Source: Dipteris shenzhenensis
Taxonomy: Eukaryota
Length of the DNA: 64,000 nucleotides
Direction: 5' to 3' (one strand)
NCBI GenBank assembly: GCA_047967505.1
Contig: CM106538.1
The position numbers and the translations under genes are program-made. Numbering within the stretch: the stretch's first letter is position 1; each line of letters opens with the position of its first letter. The notes below the pieces were generated by a model, which worked only from the letters and a program-made list of their open reading frames with translations, did no database searches and was not told the DNA's origin. Below are positions 1 through 12,185 of the stretch, piece after piece.

Positions 1-1141
1 ATGACCACTATCAGATTTGTTATTGCTATGGCTGCACATTTTGATTGGAATGTTCATCAATTGGACATAAAAACAGCTTTTCTTAATGGAGACTTATTGG
101 AAGAGATTTATGTCCAAAAACCTCCTGGCTTTGAAATTTCGGGTAATGTACATCAAGTTTGCAAGCTGAATAAAGCTTTGTATGGGCTGAAACAAGCCCC
201 ACGTGCATGGTACTCCAAGATTGATGCCTTTCTGACCAGCAAGGGGCTTTGTAATAGTCCAACTGAAAGTACCCTCTACATCAAGAAGGATGGGGGGGAT
301 ATTTTGGTTATTATTCTTTATGTAGATGACATGCTGCTCACAGGGTCACATGAAGAAAAAATTGTAGATTTCAAAGCTGATTGAAAGCTACATTTGACAT
401 GCCAGGTTTGGACATGTTACATTTTTATTTGGGGATCCAATTCATACAAGATAGACGTGGCATTATTATGTCTCAATCCAAGTATGTGCAATACATTTTT
501 ATTTGGGGATCCAATTTATACAAGATAGACGTGGCATTATTATGTCTCAATCCAAGTATGTGCAAAAACTCTTGGATCGGTTCAACATGCAAGATTGCAA
601 GCCTACAGCCACTCCCATGGAGCCATGGCTGAAGCTTACTCTATATGATGCAGGTAGATGCCACACTCTACAGCTAGGCTGTTGGATGCCTCATTTATTT
701 TTGCAATACTCTGCCCGATATTCAGTTTGCAGTATCACAGGTGAGCAGGTATATGCACGGCCCAAAGATATCACATCGGCAAGCTGTAAAACGCATCTTC
801 CGTTACTTGCAAGGCACAAAGTCTTATGGCTTGATGTGTCCTAGGAGGGGTGACTTGCAGATGAATGCTTACAGTGACTCAGATTGGGCTGGAGATTATG
901 ACACTAGGCAGTCCACAAGTGGTAGTTTTTTCTTTTTGGGACATGCTTGCATTTCTTGGCTAAGTAAGAAGCAATCTATTGTGGCTACTTCCTCATGTGA
1001 ACCTGAGTATAGGGCAGCTTTCACAGCAACAGTTGAGTGAGTGTGGCTACGCCGTTTATTTGCTGATCTTCACCTATCATTGGAGGGTCCTTCTAAAATT
1101 CTCATTGATAATTAGAGTGCTATAGCAGTTGCAAAGAATCC
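1..1141 (+). mobile_element. Degenerate Ty1/Copia pol fragment (reverse transcriptase + RNase H)
   Basis: Motifs HQLDIKTAFLNG, LYGLKQAPRAW, LYVDDML, YSDSDWAGD, SWLSKKQSIVATSS. Frameshifted by a 74-bp tandem duplication (418-491/492-565). Confidence 0.95.
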
Positions 1142-1176
1142 ATGTCGTACATCATCACATTGGCATTGCAGGGGGA

Positions 1177-1410
1177 TGTTGGAATTATCGCCATAATTCA
1201 TGGCAGTGACCAATGTATAGTAATAAGTGAGTTAGGGGCACTTTTCCCTCATTAGAGGTTTTTTCCCCTAACCACAGTCAGGATTCCTAACAACGGTTAG
1301 TGGATAGATTTAGGTTTTGTCACTTAGACAAAGCCTTCACCTCTTGTATGTTTTTCTTTATCTTATCTATTCTACGTTTGCACTCTTCTTGCTCTCTCTT
1401 GCATCCTTCA
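1177..1410 (+). repeat. 3' LTR of Copia element
   Basis: TG...CA ends, preceded by polypurine tract GCAGGGGGA. Homologous to the LTR at 10088-10326. Confidence 0.8.
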
Positions 1411-2299
1411 GGTCCACAGTGGATGCTTGCAGTTCAAGTTAATGTTCTCGAGGTTGCAGGCAAACTAGCTATTGCTTGGGTATTTCAGTGAATCAGTTGA
1501 CACCTGTGATAGTCTGGGGAGTTGTGTAATCTATTTGGGCTGCTAGCAACAACTCCAAGTTTTATGCAGGTGTTTGAACTGAAATGGATGCCTATTGCCA
1601 TTGGGGTGTTAGAGGAGGGCCAAGTAAGGTTAATGCTTGGGACACTGATGCCTGCTGAGTGTGGGAAATGCCGTAAATGAAAATGAGATTGAACTCATTG
1701 TGTATCTATTTGCAAATCTCCCCATTTAGTAAAGAAATACTGAAAGGGGCGCGCCAAGGTTTGGGGCCAATCTATGTCTTTATCTTGGTGTAGGGGCACT
1801 CTAGCTCCCAATCTACAAGTTGTATATTTGCTGAATTGTTCATGTAATAGTGTTGGCTGACCCTTAAATTTATTGAAGGCCGGTTTCACTTCCCACATCT
1901 TGGTTTTAGAACATGGCAGTTCAGCTTCCCAACGGCCCAATTAGAAGGGCTTGTAACCAAATGATGATATTGATGAAGCCTTTGTAAAGAACAAAATCGA
2001 AGAGTTGCAGTTTTTGAAGAAAAATCCTCGATTTCAGCATCTTTTCAAAGGCCCACACATGTCTAAGCAGGTGACTGTTCATAGGGAAGTAAGCCGGCGT
2101 TGTTCCCCCAGTCCAATGACTTTCCGATATTGTCCTAGTTCTACAAAAAGAGGGAGAAGTCCACATCCAAGAGAAAAGTGAAGGAGATCTTCTACTTCTC
2201 AAAGTCAGCAGCGCACAAGAAAGTCATCTACTACGAGTTTTTGCACAAGTTCCTCTACTTCACGTCGAAAGCATTTAGAAAAGCCTTCAACACCCAAGG

Positions 2300-4640
2300 C
2301 AACGAAGTTAGGCGAGTCAGTTCGTTTTGTCACTTATGATGGAGTCTATGGACATTTGGAAAAAGCTATGAAGTTTATACACCAATCCGATTTGGTGTTG
2401 ACAACTACGAAGAATCTTCTAAGCTTCACATAGTAAGTCTGCATCTCTCCGATATGGCCAGTGCATAATGGAGTGTACAATTTGCTGGCTGCAAAGCCCA
2501 AAACTTGGGTAGATTTCAAGAAAGTGTTCTATCGCCAATTCCTCTCAAAACAGCTCGTGGAGGAAGTGCACATGAAATGGGACGGTTTTCACATGCATGA
2601 AGAACAGCTTATCGAAGTTTATGACACAAAATTTTGGGATACCTATATGCAGGCTTCTTGTTTTTCAGAAATCTTTGACGAAGTATAGATGGAAAGTACA
2701 AGGCAGGGCTACCACTTAAGGTATGATCTTACGTGAACACCTTGTCTCATATAGAGATTCAAAATGTTATGTATTCGGCTTCCCTTGGAGTTCTTTTGTT
2801 CATCAAAGATCATCCTTCCTTCGAGAAATCAAAGAAGGGAGGATCAGAAAAGCAGAATTCGGTACCAGGAGGACGTGGTTCCTACACTATGGATGCTTCC
2901 TTATGGCCATAACTTTTAAAAACTGCTTAGCCATGCGGTTAGGGATAAAGAAGGAAGAGCTATGGCTGTCCCTTGATGCCCATTAGATTTTCTAAGGAGA
3001 GTCAGCACCTGTGCACTACTCATTGGAAAGCTTTGGATTCATATTCAGAACCATGTGGATCACGAGGACTTCATGGTTTCACCTTTGCAACAATTTGATG
3101 TAACTTTGGGGATGCCTTGGTTCTATTGGAAAAATGTGCATTTCATGATGCTTGAAAAGATACTTGTTTTTAATCATAGAGGCAAAGAACATCGCATTGT
3201 TGCTAAAGGGAAAGAAGAGACAATTCTTGTTGTTTTTTGCGGTTTAGTTGGAAAATTAATAAAGTCTTCAATTTCCGCTTATATGGTTTATGTCAAGGAA
3301 AAAGAACATCACATGGATCCTCCAGATCAATAAAAATTTCAGTTCTTAGATGCTCTTAAAGATTGTGTTTCAGATTCATTGCTAGGAGAGCTACCACTAG
3401 AGCGGCTAGAGGATCATGTTATGGAGCTCATTCCAAGAAGCTAGGTTCCAAATTGTCCACCATATCGCGGTGAGTGCAGCCCAAACCGAAGTTATCATTG
3501 CATAGGTGTAGGACCTGCTGTCCAACGGGGTCATTCGACCTAGTTCTTCTCCTTTTTGCTCGCTTGTGGTATTGCTTCAAAAGAAAGAAGGGTCTTATCG
3601 GATTTATGTGGACTACAGAGCCCTCAATAAAATGACCGTCAAGAATAGATTCCCATCCCATGCATCGATGATGTTTTGGACCGATTGAAGGGAGCCACTG
3701 TTTTCTGCCGTCTTGATTTAAAGAGTGGTTAGCATCAAATCAGGATTCATCCTCATGACATGTATAAGACGACTTTTCGGACAACTTTTGGGTTATACGA
3801 GTTCTTGGTTATGTCTTTGACAAATGCTCCATCTACTTTCAACAAGATGATGGACCCGATTTTCTGACCTTGGGCACACTTTGTAGGTACTTTCTTTGAT
3901 GACATTCTTGTCTTTTCAAAGTCAGAAGAGGAGCATAAAAGACATCTAGCCATGTGTTTCAAGAACTCAGAGACGAATAGCTTTCAATCAATAGGAAGCA
4001 TTCTTCGTAGATGAAATCCATAGACTTCGACACATCATCTCCAAAGATGGAATAAGGATGGATCCCACAAGGATCAAAGCCATCCAAGAATGGCCCGAGC
4101 TGAAAACAATGCATGAACTATGCATTTTTTAAGGTCTTTGCTCCTACTATAGGAGGTTTATTAGACATTTTGCTGATATTGCATGAGCTGACAAAAAAGT
4201 TTGCAGCGTTCAGATGGGGAGAGCGACAAAAGACAGCTTTTAACACTCTCAAGGAGAAGCTAACCAAGGAGCCGATTCTTATTGTTTGTGATTTATATCA
4301 GCCCTTTGATGTGGACTGCGATGCTTGTGGAGAGTGTGTTTGAGCTGCTCTTCATAAGAACGGGCATGTGGTCGCCTACGGAAGTGGGAGATTACGTGAT
4401 GCCGAGAGACATATGGGGATATATGATATGTTGGCTGTAAACTTACTATCTGGAAATATACTCTGTTAGGGGGTGATTTAACAGTCAAGACGGATCATCA
4501 AAGTCTCATGTATTTGCTAACCCAAACTAAGCTTTCGAAAAATCATATGAAATGGGCAAACTTTCTGTCCATATTCCATTTTCAGATGCTTCATATCCCA
4601 AGAGCACAAAATAGAGTGGCGGATGCTCAAAAGAGTCGGC
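2300..4640 (+). mobile_element. Degenerate Ty3/Gypsy gag-pol (gag, protease, RT, RNase H)
   Basis: TWVDFKKVFYRQF (gag); FDVTLGMPW (protease); [52 protein letters not shown] (RT); PFDVDCDACG, TDHQSL (RNase H). Many stops and frameshifts. Confidence 0.9.
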
Positions 4641-4943
4641 CTTTTAAAAGCTATTGATAATGGAATCTCAAAGTTTGCTTTTCGAATAGAAGAAAGTGTA
4701 GGAGTTCAAAATATCTTATCGGAATGGAAAGGGAAGATTTTCAAGAAAGTTGTTTGAAACTAGAAGAAATATCTTCAGTTAATTGAAACAATTATATTTC
4801 TATAAAAGATGAGACTCTTCTTCAAAAAGTCCATGTCATATCGTATATGGACAAATGTTTCAATTTTTATTTGCAATGTCTTTTGAGAGAGGTGAACTCA
4901 TATGCCATAACTTTTGCCCCGGTCTTAGTTTCTCAAAAGGATG

Positions 4944-6980
4944 TGTTAGGAATATGGTTTCAAGGGGGAAAGCAAGAGAGCACACAAATGAAATCCATGT
5001 ATTGCATAGTAAGAAAATGACTCAATACAATGACTTATATAGGTTAGGGTTTTTAAACCCTAACCTTAACAAATTAGGGTTTGAGACAAACCCTAAAATG
5101 ACCAAAACACTCATAAACTCACATAAACTCCTAGACTGACACCTAAAACTCCGTATATCCAACATTCCCCCTATGGAGTGGGGGTGGAAGGTATGTGAGA
5201 CACCTTCAATAGCCATGGTGACATAGGCTATAAGGACCCAACTAGTACATGGTCCCGAAACAATCTTAGAGGCAAGTAAGCATAGCTCACAGGCTAGTGA
5301 GCATGGTACAAAAGACTCATAGGCTTATCAATCATGGATGTACAAAGACTCAGTGGTCTAGTGATAACACGCCTGACCACTCATGGCAATATACATTAGT
5401 GGACTCATCATGGACCTCCCCCTCCCCCCTCCTTCCTTGCTGTAAGCAAGGGCATGGTGAACTGATGGAGCCTTTTATAAAGCAAGGTTTTTGGGGGGCA
5501 ACCCTGGCAGAGAACCATTTATTGACTCAAACACATGCATAAAAACTCTTCCATTCAAATCCAAGCCAAATACTCCTTACAGAAAGCTTCACCAGCGATC
5601 TAAACACGCAGCAATCCAGTTCCGTGGATGCTCTATGGTGAGCACAAATACAGCTCCTACTTCTGTCCTCAGGTTGTGTGCTTCTCATAAGCTTCAATGA
5701 CCATCTGTTGTGTGAGTTCCTTAGACAGCACACTCCAGCAAACCTGTGTTCTCCTACGCTGTAGGTATGCACCATGTATTGCTCTTGAATGTGTGAGGGA
5801 TGCTTCTATTCTGAACTTCATGTTAGCCTCCACAATGAGGCCTTTTATAAAGGATTCCAGACTAGCTGACCCTGTCTGTAAAGCCAGCTGACCATCCACA
5901 GACTGGGCCGACCCAGTTGTGCTGATCTGACTAGGCCAGGCCTATACGAGACCCTCTTTTTTGCTGACCTATTAGTCCAGACTGCTGACCTGCTGGTAGT
6001 CCTTCCTGACCCTTGTCTGTGTGTCCTTTCTTGCTTGGTGCTCTTGCCCTTCTGCAGCTACCAGTGTGTCCATCTCCAGCCACACCTATTTGTGACAGAT
6101 CCATGACCTGCTCCAAGTGGACCTGCAACAATTGCCATTACAGCATGTACCTACTGTTGCACCCTACATAATGTTAGGTTCTCTACATGCTGCTGTACCA
6201 TCCATACCTCTTCCTTACAAGTTCTGGCCTCTGCACCTGCTAGTGCACTTTCCATACTTTTTACTGCAGCATCGGTACAGGTTTGTCCTCTTTCATAGCT
6301 TTGTTGCTAGCCCAAAGTCCTGGACTGTGTGGAAACCTACAGTGCTGCCCATGTGGCTGACCTGTGAATGTTTCCCTCCATCTAGATCATTCCATTGGCA
6401 TCCTAACTTGATGCACACAAATCAGACCCTGAAACCCCCCATCCCTACATTGGTACCATATCCCTGTGCTCTCCTCATAGGGGGGATTTATAGGTGGGAC
6501 AATGGACCCTATTTTCCAACACATCCCACGTGGCTAGGCCTCTCTTGCTCAAGCTGTAGCCCTGCTGATATGACATCCATCTCTGCTGCCGAGATGGAAA
6601 CCCATCTTTCTTCTTACACCTAGTTTTGCCCATGTGGCAGTCCTCTCTCTTGCACTCATGGCATCTCTCCCAGGCCTATGGGCCCCAAAAACCTATACCA
6701 AGAAGCTGCTTGCTACTTTACAGCATTACAAGTGCAACCACTAGGGGTTTACTGACATGGACGTGCCTTTATGTGCTCTGTGTGTTCCTCGGGCTGCTTG
6801 TCCGATCTAGAAGGTTGAGCTAACTACCTGACCAGTCTCGCCAATTGCTAGCCAATCAATCAAATTGTCAATCATTAGGCTTGGACCATGCTCAAACATA
6901 GTGCATAATGCATCCATGAATGGAGCCTGCATGCTTGTAGCATCTGCTGATCTGGGCCCTCCTCATGGTGGGATGGTGTC
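4944..6980 (-). mobile_element. Degenerate LTR retrotransposon remnant, with LTR at ~4944-5164
   Basis: TG...CA segment followed by TTCCCCC (minus-strand polypurine tract). Internal region too decayed for confident domain calls; the right boundary is approximate. Confidence 0.5.
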
Positions 6981-7765
6981 TTACTAAATGCCGAACTGAG
7001 GCAAGAGTACCTGTAGGACTACTTTCCAACTGACAGATGCACCTGCTTCACAAATGCAACCAAATTCTAGAAGAAACCATGACATATATATAGATGAGTC
7101 AAATTCTAGAAGGAAGCATGATGTAGACAAAAAGAAATGAATCAAGCACAAGAATCTATCTACACTACATCCACGGTACTCAACACCAAAACATGTGTTG
7201 GGCTGAGGAAGCATGAGAGATATTTGGCTCGATGTCAAGTATGATGAACAGCTAGTTGGCTGTGAGCTTATACAGGGGAAAAAGTAAAGCGGAGTGCCTG
7301 CGGCTGCCTTTTATGCTGCTTTTTTTTTGTTTTTTTGTCGGGAACGGTTAACCCAATGCCAGACGTTATTACCAGTGGGTTGGAGATTGCAACGTTAAGC
7401 TCAGCTGGGGACGGATGGCACAAGGGTGGTGGCACCCTTCTTTCTTGAGCAGGGGTGGTTTTGTGCCTCTATGGGTGTAAATGGTGGTCTCTTCTAAAAT
7501 CTAATTTCATTAGTGTTGGATATTTCTCAGAACATATATCTATGTCATTTCAGTGGATTTGGACTTTGTTACATTTGTGTAGTTTGTTTTAAAACAAAAA
7601 AAGTGATTCATTTTGATATTGAAGATGTACTGAGTGATTTTTGCTTTTTTCCTGACTTTCTCGTTTTGCGAAGTTGAAAGAAGCAATTAAGAATGGGAGG
7701 CAGGGAAGATGAAGTTGTATAGGTAGGACCGTCAGTGTGCTTATTTGTGTGATAATATGCACTAG

Positions 7766-7876
7766 ATCAATCCTGAGCAAGCAAGGGCAGAGTTTCGTGC
7801 AGCTACTTCAAAAGATGGTGGTAGTGGTGTGAAGGACTTTATGGACAGTATGGGACTTGGTGGATGGGTAGAACAG
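7766..7876 (+). CDS. GET3B: GET3b/c-type ArsA/ASNA1-family ATPase, internal exon (first in window)
   Basis: AG/GT-bounded, 111 nt: INPEQARAEFRAATSKDGGSGVKDFMDSMGLGGWVEQ, matching plant organellar GET3b/c. Confidence 0.92.
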
Positions 7877-8059
7877 GTAAATGAATTTTGTTCTATTTCT
7901 GATAGGTAAATGATTTTGTTCTATTTTGGAAAATAGTGCTATACTAAATGGTTAACTACTATTTTGATTCTTTTCTGGGTTGGATGGACATGATCCTGTT
8001 AGATCTGCCAAGATTGAGCCTTCCTAATGTCTCTGTTATCTGCACCATCCTTTGTTAAG

Positions 8060-8134
8060 CTAGGTGAATTGAAGCTTGGGGAACTGCTAGATACTCCACC
8101 TCCTGGGCTTGATGAAGCTATAGCCATTGCAAAG
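8060..8134 (+). CDS. GET3B: GET3b/c ATPase exon
   Basis: AG/GT-bounded, 75 nt: LGELKLGELLDTPPPGLDEAIAIAK. Confidence 0.93.
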
Positions 8135-8244
8135 GTCTCAAATAAGACAACTTATGCAGTTGCAGTCACAAATATACTGGTTCTTGTTTGAAAATAGAGG
8201 ATCATACAAATGGTGTCTGGCTTAGTTCTGTAATGGTTTTGCAG

Positions 8245-8313
8245 GTTGTCCAATTCATGCAGGCGCCTGAATATAGCAAGTTCACTCGCATAGTGTTTGA
8301 CACAGCACCAACG
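8245..8313 (+). CDS. GET3B: GET3b/c ATPase exon (switch II DTAPT)
   Basis: AG/GT-bounded, 69 nt: VVQFMQAPEYSKFTRIVFDTAPT. Confidence 0.95.
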
Positions 8314-8430
8314 GTCAGAAGCAGAATTTTGATTTAGTTAACTCGTCATCCGTTTAATAGGTGGAGTTTCTCAGGAAGATGGTGAACACTTTCTCTCGCC
8401 CTCACAATTGTTTGTATTATGATTTGCCAG

Positions 8431-8496
8431 GGTCATACATTACGCCTGCTTTCCCTTCCAGACTTTTTAGATGCTTCCATTGGGAAGATTTTGAAG
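8431..8496 (+). CDS. GET3B: GET3b/c ATPase exon
   Basis: AG/GT-bounded, 66 nt: GHTLRLLSLPDFLDASIGKILK, completing the DTAPTGH signature. Confidence 0.95.
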
Positions 8497-8603
8497 GTAG
8501 ATCCATAACCTTTATTGTAGTTTCTGATACATGTACGTTTGAAAAGCCTTGGATGTTGTGCATACAAGGTCCGAAGCTCAATTATTGGTTTATCTTTTGA
8601 CAG

Positions 8604-8681
8604 TTAAAACAGAAATTATCATCAGCAACTGCAGCAATCAAGTCTGTGTTTGGACAATCTAGTGATGGAGGTGATACTGCG
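8604..8681 (+). CDS. GET3B: GET3b/c ATPase exon
   Basis: AG/GT-bounded, 78 nt: LKQKLSSATAAIKSVFGQSSDGGDTA. Confidence 0.92.
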
Positions 8682-9259
8682 GTATATTGCCACCCTTTAC
8701 TGCCCACATAAGACTTTACGTTTTAAGATCTGTAGGGATAAAGCATTGTATGTATGGACATCTGCTGATAGTTGTAAGAGTTCATTGATGCCCTCTATAA
8801 AATAACCAAATGACATATTTAGGAGAAAGTTATTGAGTACATAGAAACACCATTTTTACGGTTTAAATATAATAAGTAGGACAAAACTTTTGAGGATATT
8901 CAAACCTTGAAGGTTAAAGGTTTGCTGGAGTCATTGGTGGACTTCTCGGTCAAACTTACCTTAGTAGCATATGCCGACCAGCTAAGCTGCCAGGAGGGCA
9001 AGGATACTCTGATATCAACACATGTATGCTTGGGACGGTAGACTGGCTGTGGATATCATGGTGGCGGAGGATCTCACATTAGTAAGCATGCTATCATGAC
9101 CAAACAGCCACAGTTTTTATACATCAGAGGCTAAGTTGGGCTGGGTGTATCCTTCTGAGGTGTTTCTTCCCTTGAAAGTGAAGAGATAAGTGTTTATTGG
9201 AAAAGAGGTGAGGCAGAGTTAACACATGTAGAAAAAAAGTTCTCTCCATATAACACAGT

Positions 9260-9510
9260 TGACAAGAATACCTTTTGTTAGAGAGGTCATCTGAAGTGTC
9301 AGTAGGCCAAACATATGGGGCCACCATGACATAGTCTGATTTGAATAGGGCAAGATAGCGTATTGCAGCATGGAGACCTTGCCCTGACAAGCATACCTTC
9401 TGTTAGAGAGGTCCCCTGGAGTGTCAGCAGGTCAAACATATGGGGCCACCATGACATAGTCTGATTCAAATACAGCAAAATAGCATTACTGCAACATGAA
9501 GACCTTGCCC
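9260..9510. repeat. Two-copy ~125-bp tandem duplication in a GET3 intron
   Basis: 9260-9384 and 9385-9510 share TGACAAG.ATACCTT.TGTTAGAGAGGTC...AAACATATGGGGCCACCATGACATAGTCTGATT...GACCTTGCCC. Confidence 0.85.
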
Positions 9511-9871
9511 CATTGAGAAAGTTTCCTTTGTCTAGTTTCACCACCCACTTATGCAATGTATGTACCCACCGATAGCCTTTGTTTGGTATGTACGTGAAAC
9601 TGGCAATTATGTTTATCACCACCCTTCTTGTACTTTACTCTGTCAAGCCCCACTTGACGAACGTCACAGCTGCAACCTGAGAAGAAGTATCATTTTTTAC
9701 TCCAATTATTATAATTGGAGTTGTACTTCCTGTGTTATACATCCCTTCTTATCAAGATATTTCAAAGGGAAGAGAAGTCTGGTTTTGTAATTTGTGAAGC
9801 TTAGTTGGAGTTTGTCTTTAGAACAAGTTTCTGGAGTTACTAGTCTAATTGGTTTTCGTTATGTTTTCCAG

Positions 9872-9970
9872 ACGGATAAACTTGAGTTGCTGAAGCAACG
9901 CATGGTGATGGTGCGGGAAATATTCAGAAACAAAGAGTCCACTGAGTTTGTTATAGTGACAATACCAACG
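9872..9970 (+). CDS. GET3B: GET3b/c ATPase exon
   Basis: AG/GT-bounded, 99 nt: TDKLELLKQRMVMVREIFRNKESTEFVIVTIPT. Confidence 0.93.
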
Positions 9971-10087
9971 GTATCTTATTTATTCCTTGCTGGTTAATTT
10001 TCAAGAAAAGTCACTTGCTTCTACAGTTCTATTTATGCTCTTATTGAAACTTCCCATGTTTGCTTGTAAGTTAGTCTATCCTGTATG

Positions 10088-10893
10088 TGTTAGAATTATT
10101 ATTATATTCTAGCAGTGACCAATGTAATGTAATAAGTAGGTTAGGGGCACTTTTCCCTCTTTAGAGGTTTTTCCCCCTAACCACAGTTAGTTCACTAACT
10201 ACGGTTAGTGTGAAGGATAAGGTTTTGTCACTGAGACAAAACCTTTCCCTCTTCTTGTATTCCTCACTTCATCTATTGCAAACTTACGTTCAGCTCTCTG
10301 CGCTCTCATTCTCTCTTTATCTAACATTTGGTATCAGAGCAGCAAGAGCCTGCTCCTAGCTTTCTGCCTAGCTCCCTGCTCAACAGCTCCCTACTCCTTG
10401 TCCACAAGCTCTTCCTGCTCCTTGCTCGCAGCTCCCATCCGTACAATCTGTACGGACTGATTCCGTACAGCCATACAGCCCACGCTTCCGAAGCTCACGC
10501 TCCCGCTCCCGCTCTGTACAGTACCTGCGCCAGCACGTCACCGTACATTCGCCGTACAGCTGCACATTTCGTCCGTGACATTGCAGACATTGGTAAATTT
10601 TGCAGTGTTTTTTTGGCAGTTTTGGAGAGCATTTGCAGGATAGTTGAAGTGCACTCTGAGCCTTTGACAAGCTGTGACAGTATTTGTCACTGTGGGCAGA
10701 TTTTACTTGTGCATTTTATATCCCAGGAACGGATTTCACTTGGTCAGTTTGCTGTATTTTTTGAGATTATCTGGTGAAAATGGCTTAGAATAACTCCAAT
10801 GAAGTGTTCGGGGTTCTCACATAGGAGGATAAGTTGGATGGCAGCAACTATTCCTTGTGGAGTTTCATGGTTCGCAATATCTTGGTTGGTAGA
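10088..10893 (+). mobile_element. Copia 5' LTR (10088-10326), primer-binding site (PBS) and truncated gag
   Basis: TG...CA LTR; tRNA-Met PBS TGGTATCAGAGC at 10329; gag N-terminus KLDGSNYSLWSFMVRNILVGR, cut off by a LINE. Confidence 0.85.
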
Positions 10894-11855
10894 AAGAAAG
10901 AAAGAAAGGAAATTTTATTAGAGTCTTCGGAAGACTGATGGGTCTATGAGACTGAAAGAAAACCTGATACAAATCACAGTAAGGGTGGAGCTACTGAAAT
11001 GAGCATCATCACCCATGCTGAATCCTAAGTGTGATCATACATAATCAAATACATCTGGATGTAACAATGAAAAGAAAAGGACTGGAGCGGAGCGAAATCC
11101 TCCGTATGTCATGTCGCCCTAGCCAGTGTATAGCCGGTGATGGGACGCTGGCGCCCATCAAGGGGTGCTGTGCGTCTCGATCTCTTGGACGAGGCTCGAT
11201 GCAAGACCAGAGCCACCGTGACTCCCGTGGGACGTATCTCGGGTCTAAACAATGACGGGAGGTCCCCCAGAGTGATCTGTGTGTCCCCTCAATGTCTCGT
11301 GTGTCGTGCTACGATAGTTGGGTCGGGGTCTGTCATGTTTGCGGCTAGAGACTGGACAATCAATGTCACTCGATGGGAAGAACTCTGTGATCCTGCTGTG
11401 AGAGGTGTCTGATGATGTGGCCAAGCCCCGTCGCCTGAGTAAGTGCTCTCTGTGTTGGACCTCCTTGTGAATGAAGGCCGCGAAGCATCTCTAATCTGGG
11501 TAGGCGAGGAATCTAGAAAGGAGCTCGGAGCTGTCTCTGAAGAGGCAGTGGTAGCGACCGCAGATCTCGTAGTACACTGGGCACCTGAAAATAAAATGCT
11601 CCTCCGACTCGACCTCCTGACAATCACACAATATGCATAAGCGATGCTCCCTAGGGATCCCCTCTGCTCTGCCGCTCTCTATGCAGAGGTGGTGTGATGA
11701 TACCCGAAATTGTTCGATGGAGATCCGTAGTGAGTGAGGCATATGAAGCTCAGTGTACCCCGGTGGTGTGATGAATCCCTCCTCCGAAATACGAAGACAG
11801 TAATCTCTGTAGAAACTCAGCTTCACTGGAAGCTCCCTCGGCTCCAACCAGGTCC
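10894..11855 (-). mobile_element. 5'-truncated non-LTR retrotransposon (LINE) 3' end with C-terminal zinc-binding domain
   Basis: FRVSSHHLCIESGR...RLCILC...ESEEHFIFRCPVY. Ends in AATAAA plus a (CTTT)n tail on the minus strand. Confidence 0.8.
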
Positions 11856-11884
11856 TAAAGGTGTGTAGCTGCAGGAGTTGCGTA

Positions 11885-12185
11885 GCGGAATGAAATGAGC
11901 TTGCTTGCTGAATCTATCAATGATAGTCCAAATCCCATCATTCCTTGATTTTCATCTTGGTAAATAAAAAATAAAGTCCATTGCAATACTTGCCCATGGT
12001 GCCTGGGCATGGGAAGAGGCATAAGTAGGCTAGGTGCTTTCCGTCTGTCATATTTGACCTTCTGACAGGTTAGGCATTCTGTAACAAACTGATGTATATC
12101 TTTTTGCATCTCTAGACAAAAGAAATACCTCTCTAATGCTTGAGTTGTCGCTGTAATTCCTCTATGCCCAGCATGAAACCGGCCT
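11885..12185 (-). mobile_element. Gypsy integrase zinc-finger fragment
   Basis: HAGHRGITATTQALERYFF...CLTCQKVKYDRRKAP. Paralogous to 14960-15526. Confidence 0.85.

Noticed and set aside
5040-5100. Telomere-like TTAGGG/AAACCCTA motifs
   Set aside because: A few scattered telo-box-like motifs within an LTR, not a telomeric array.
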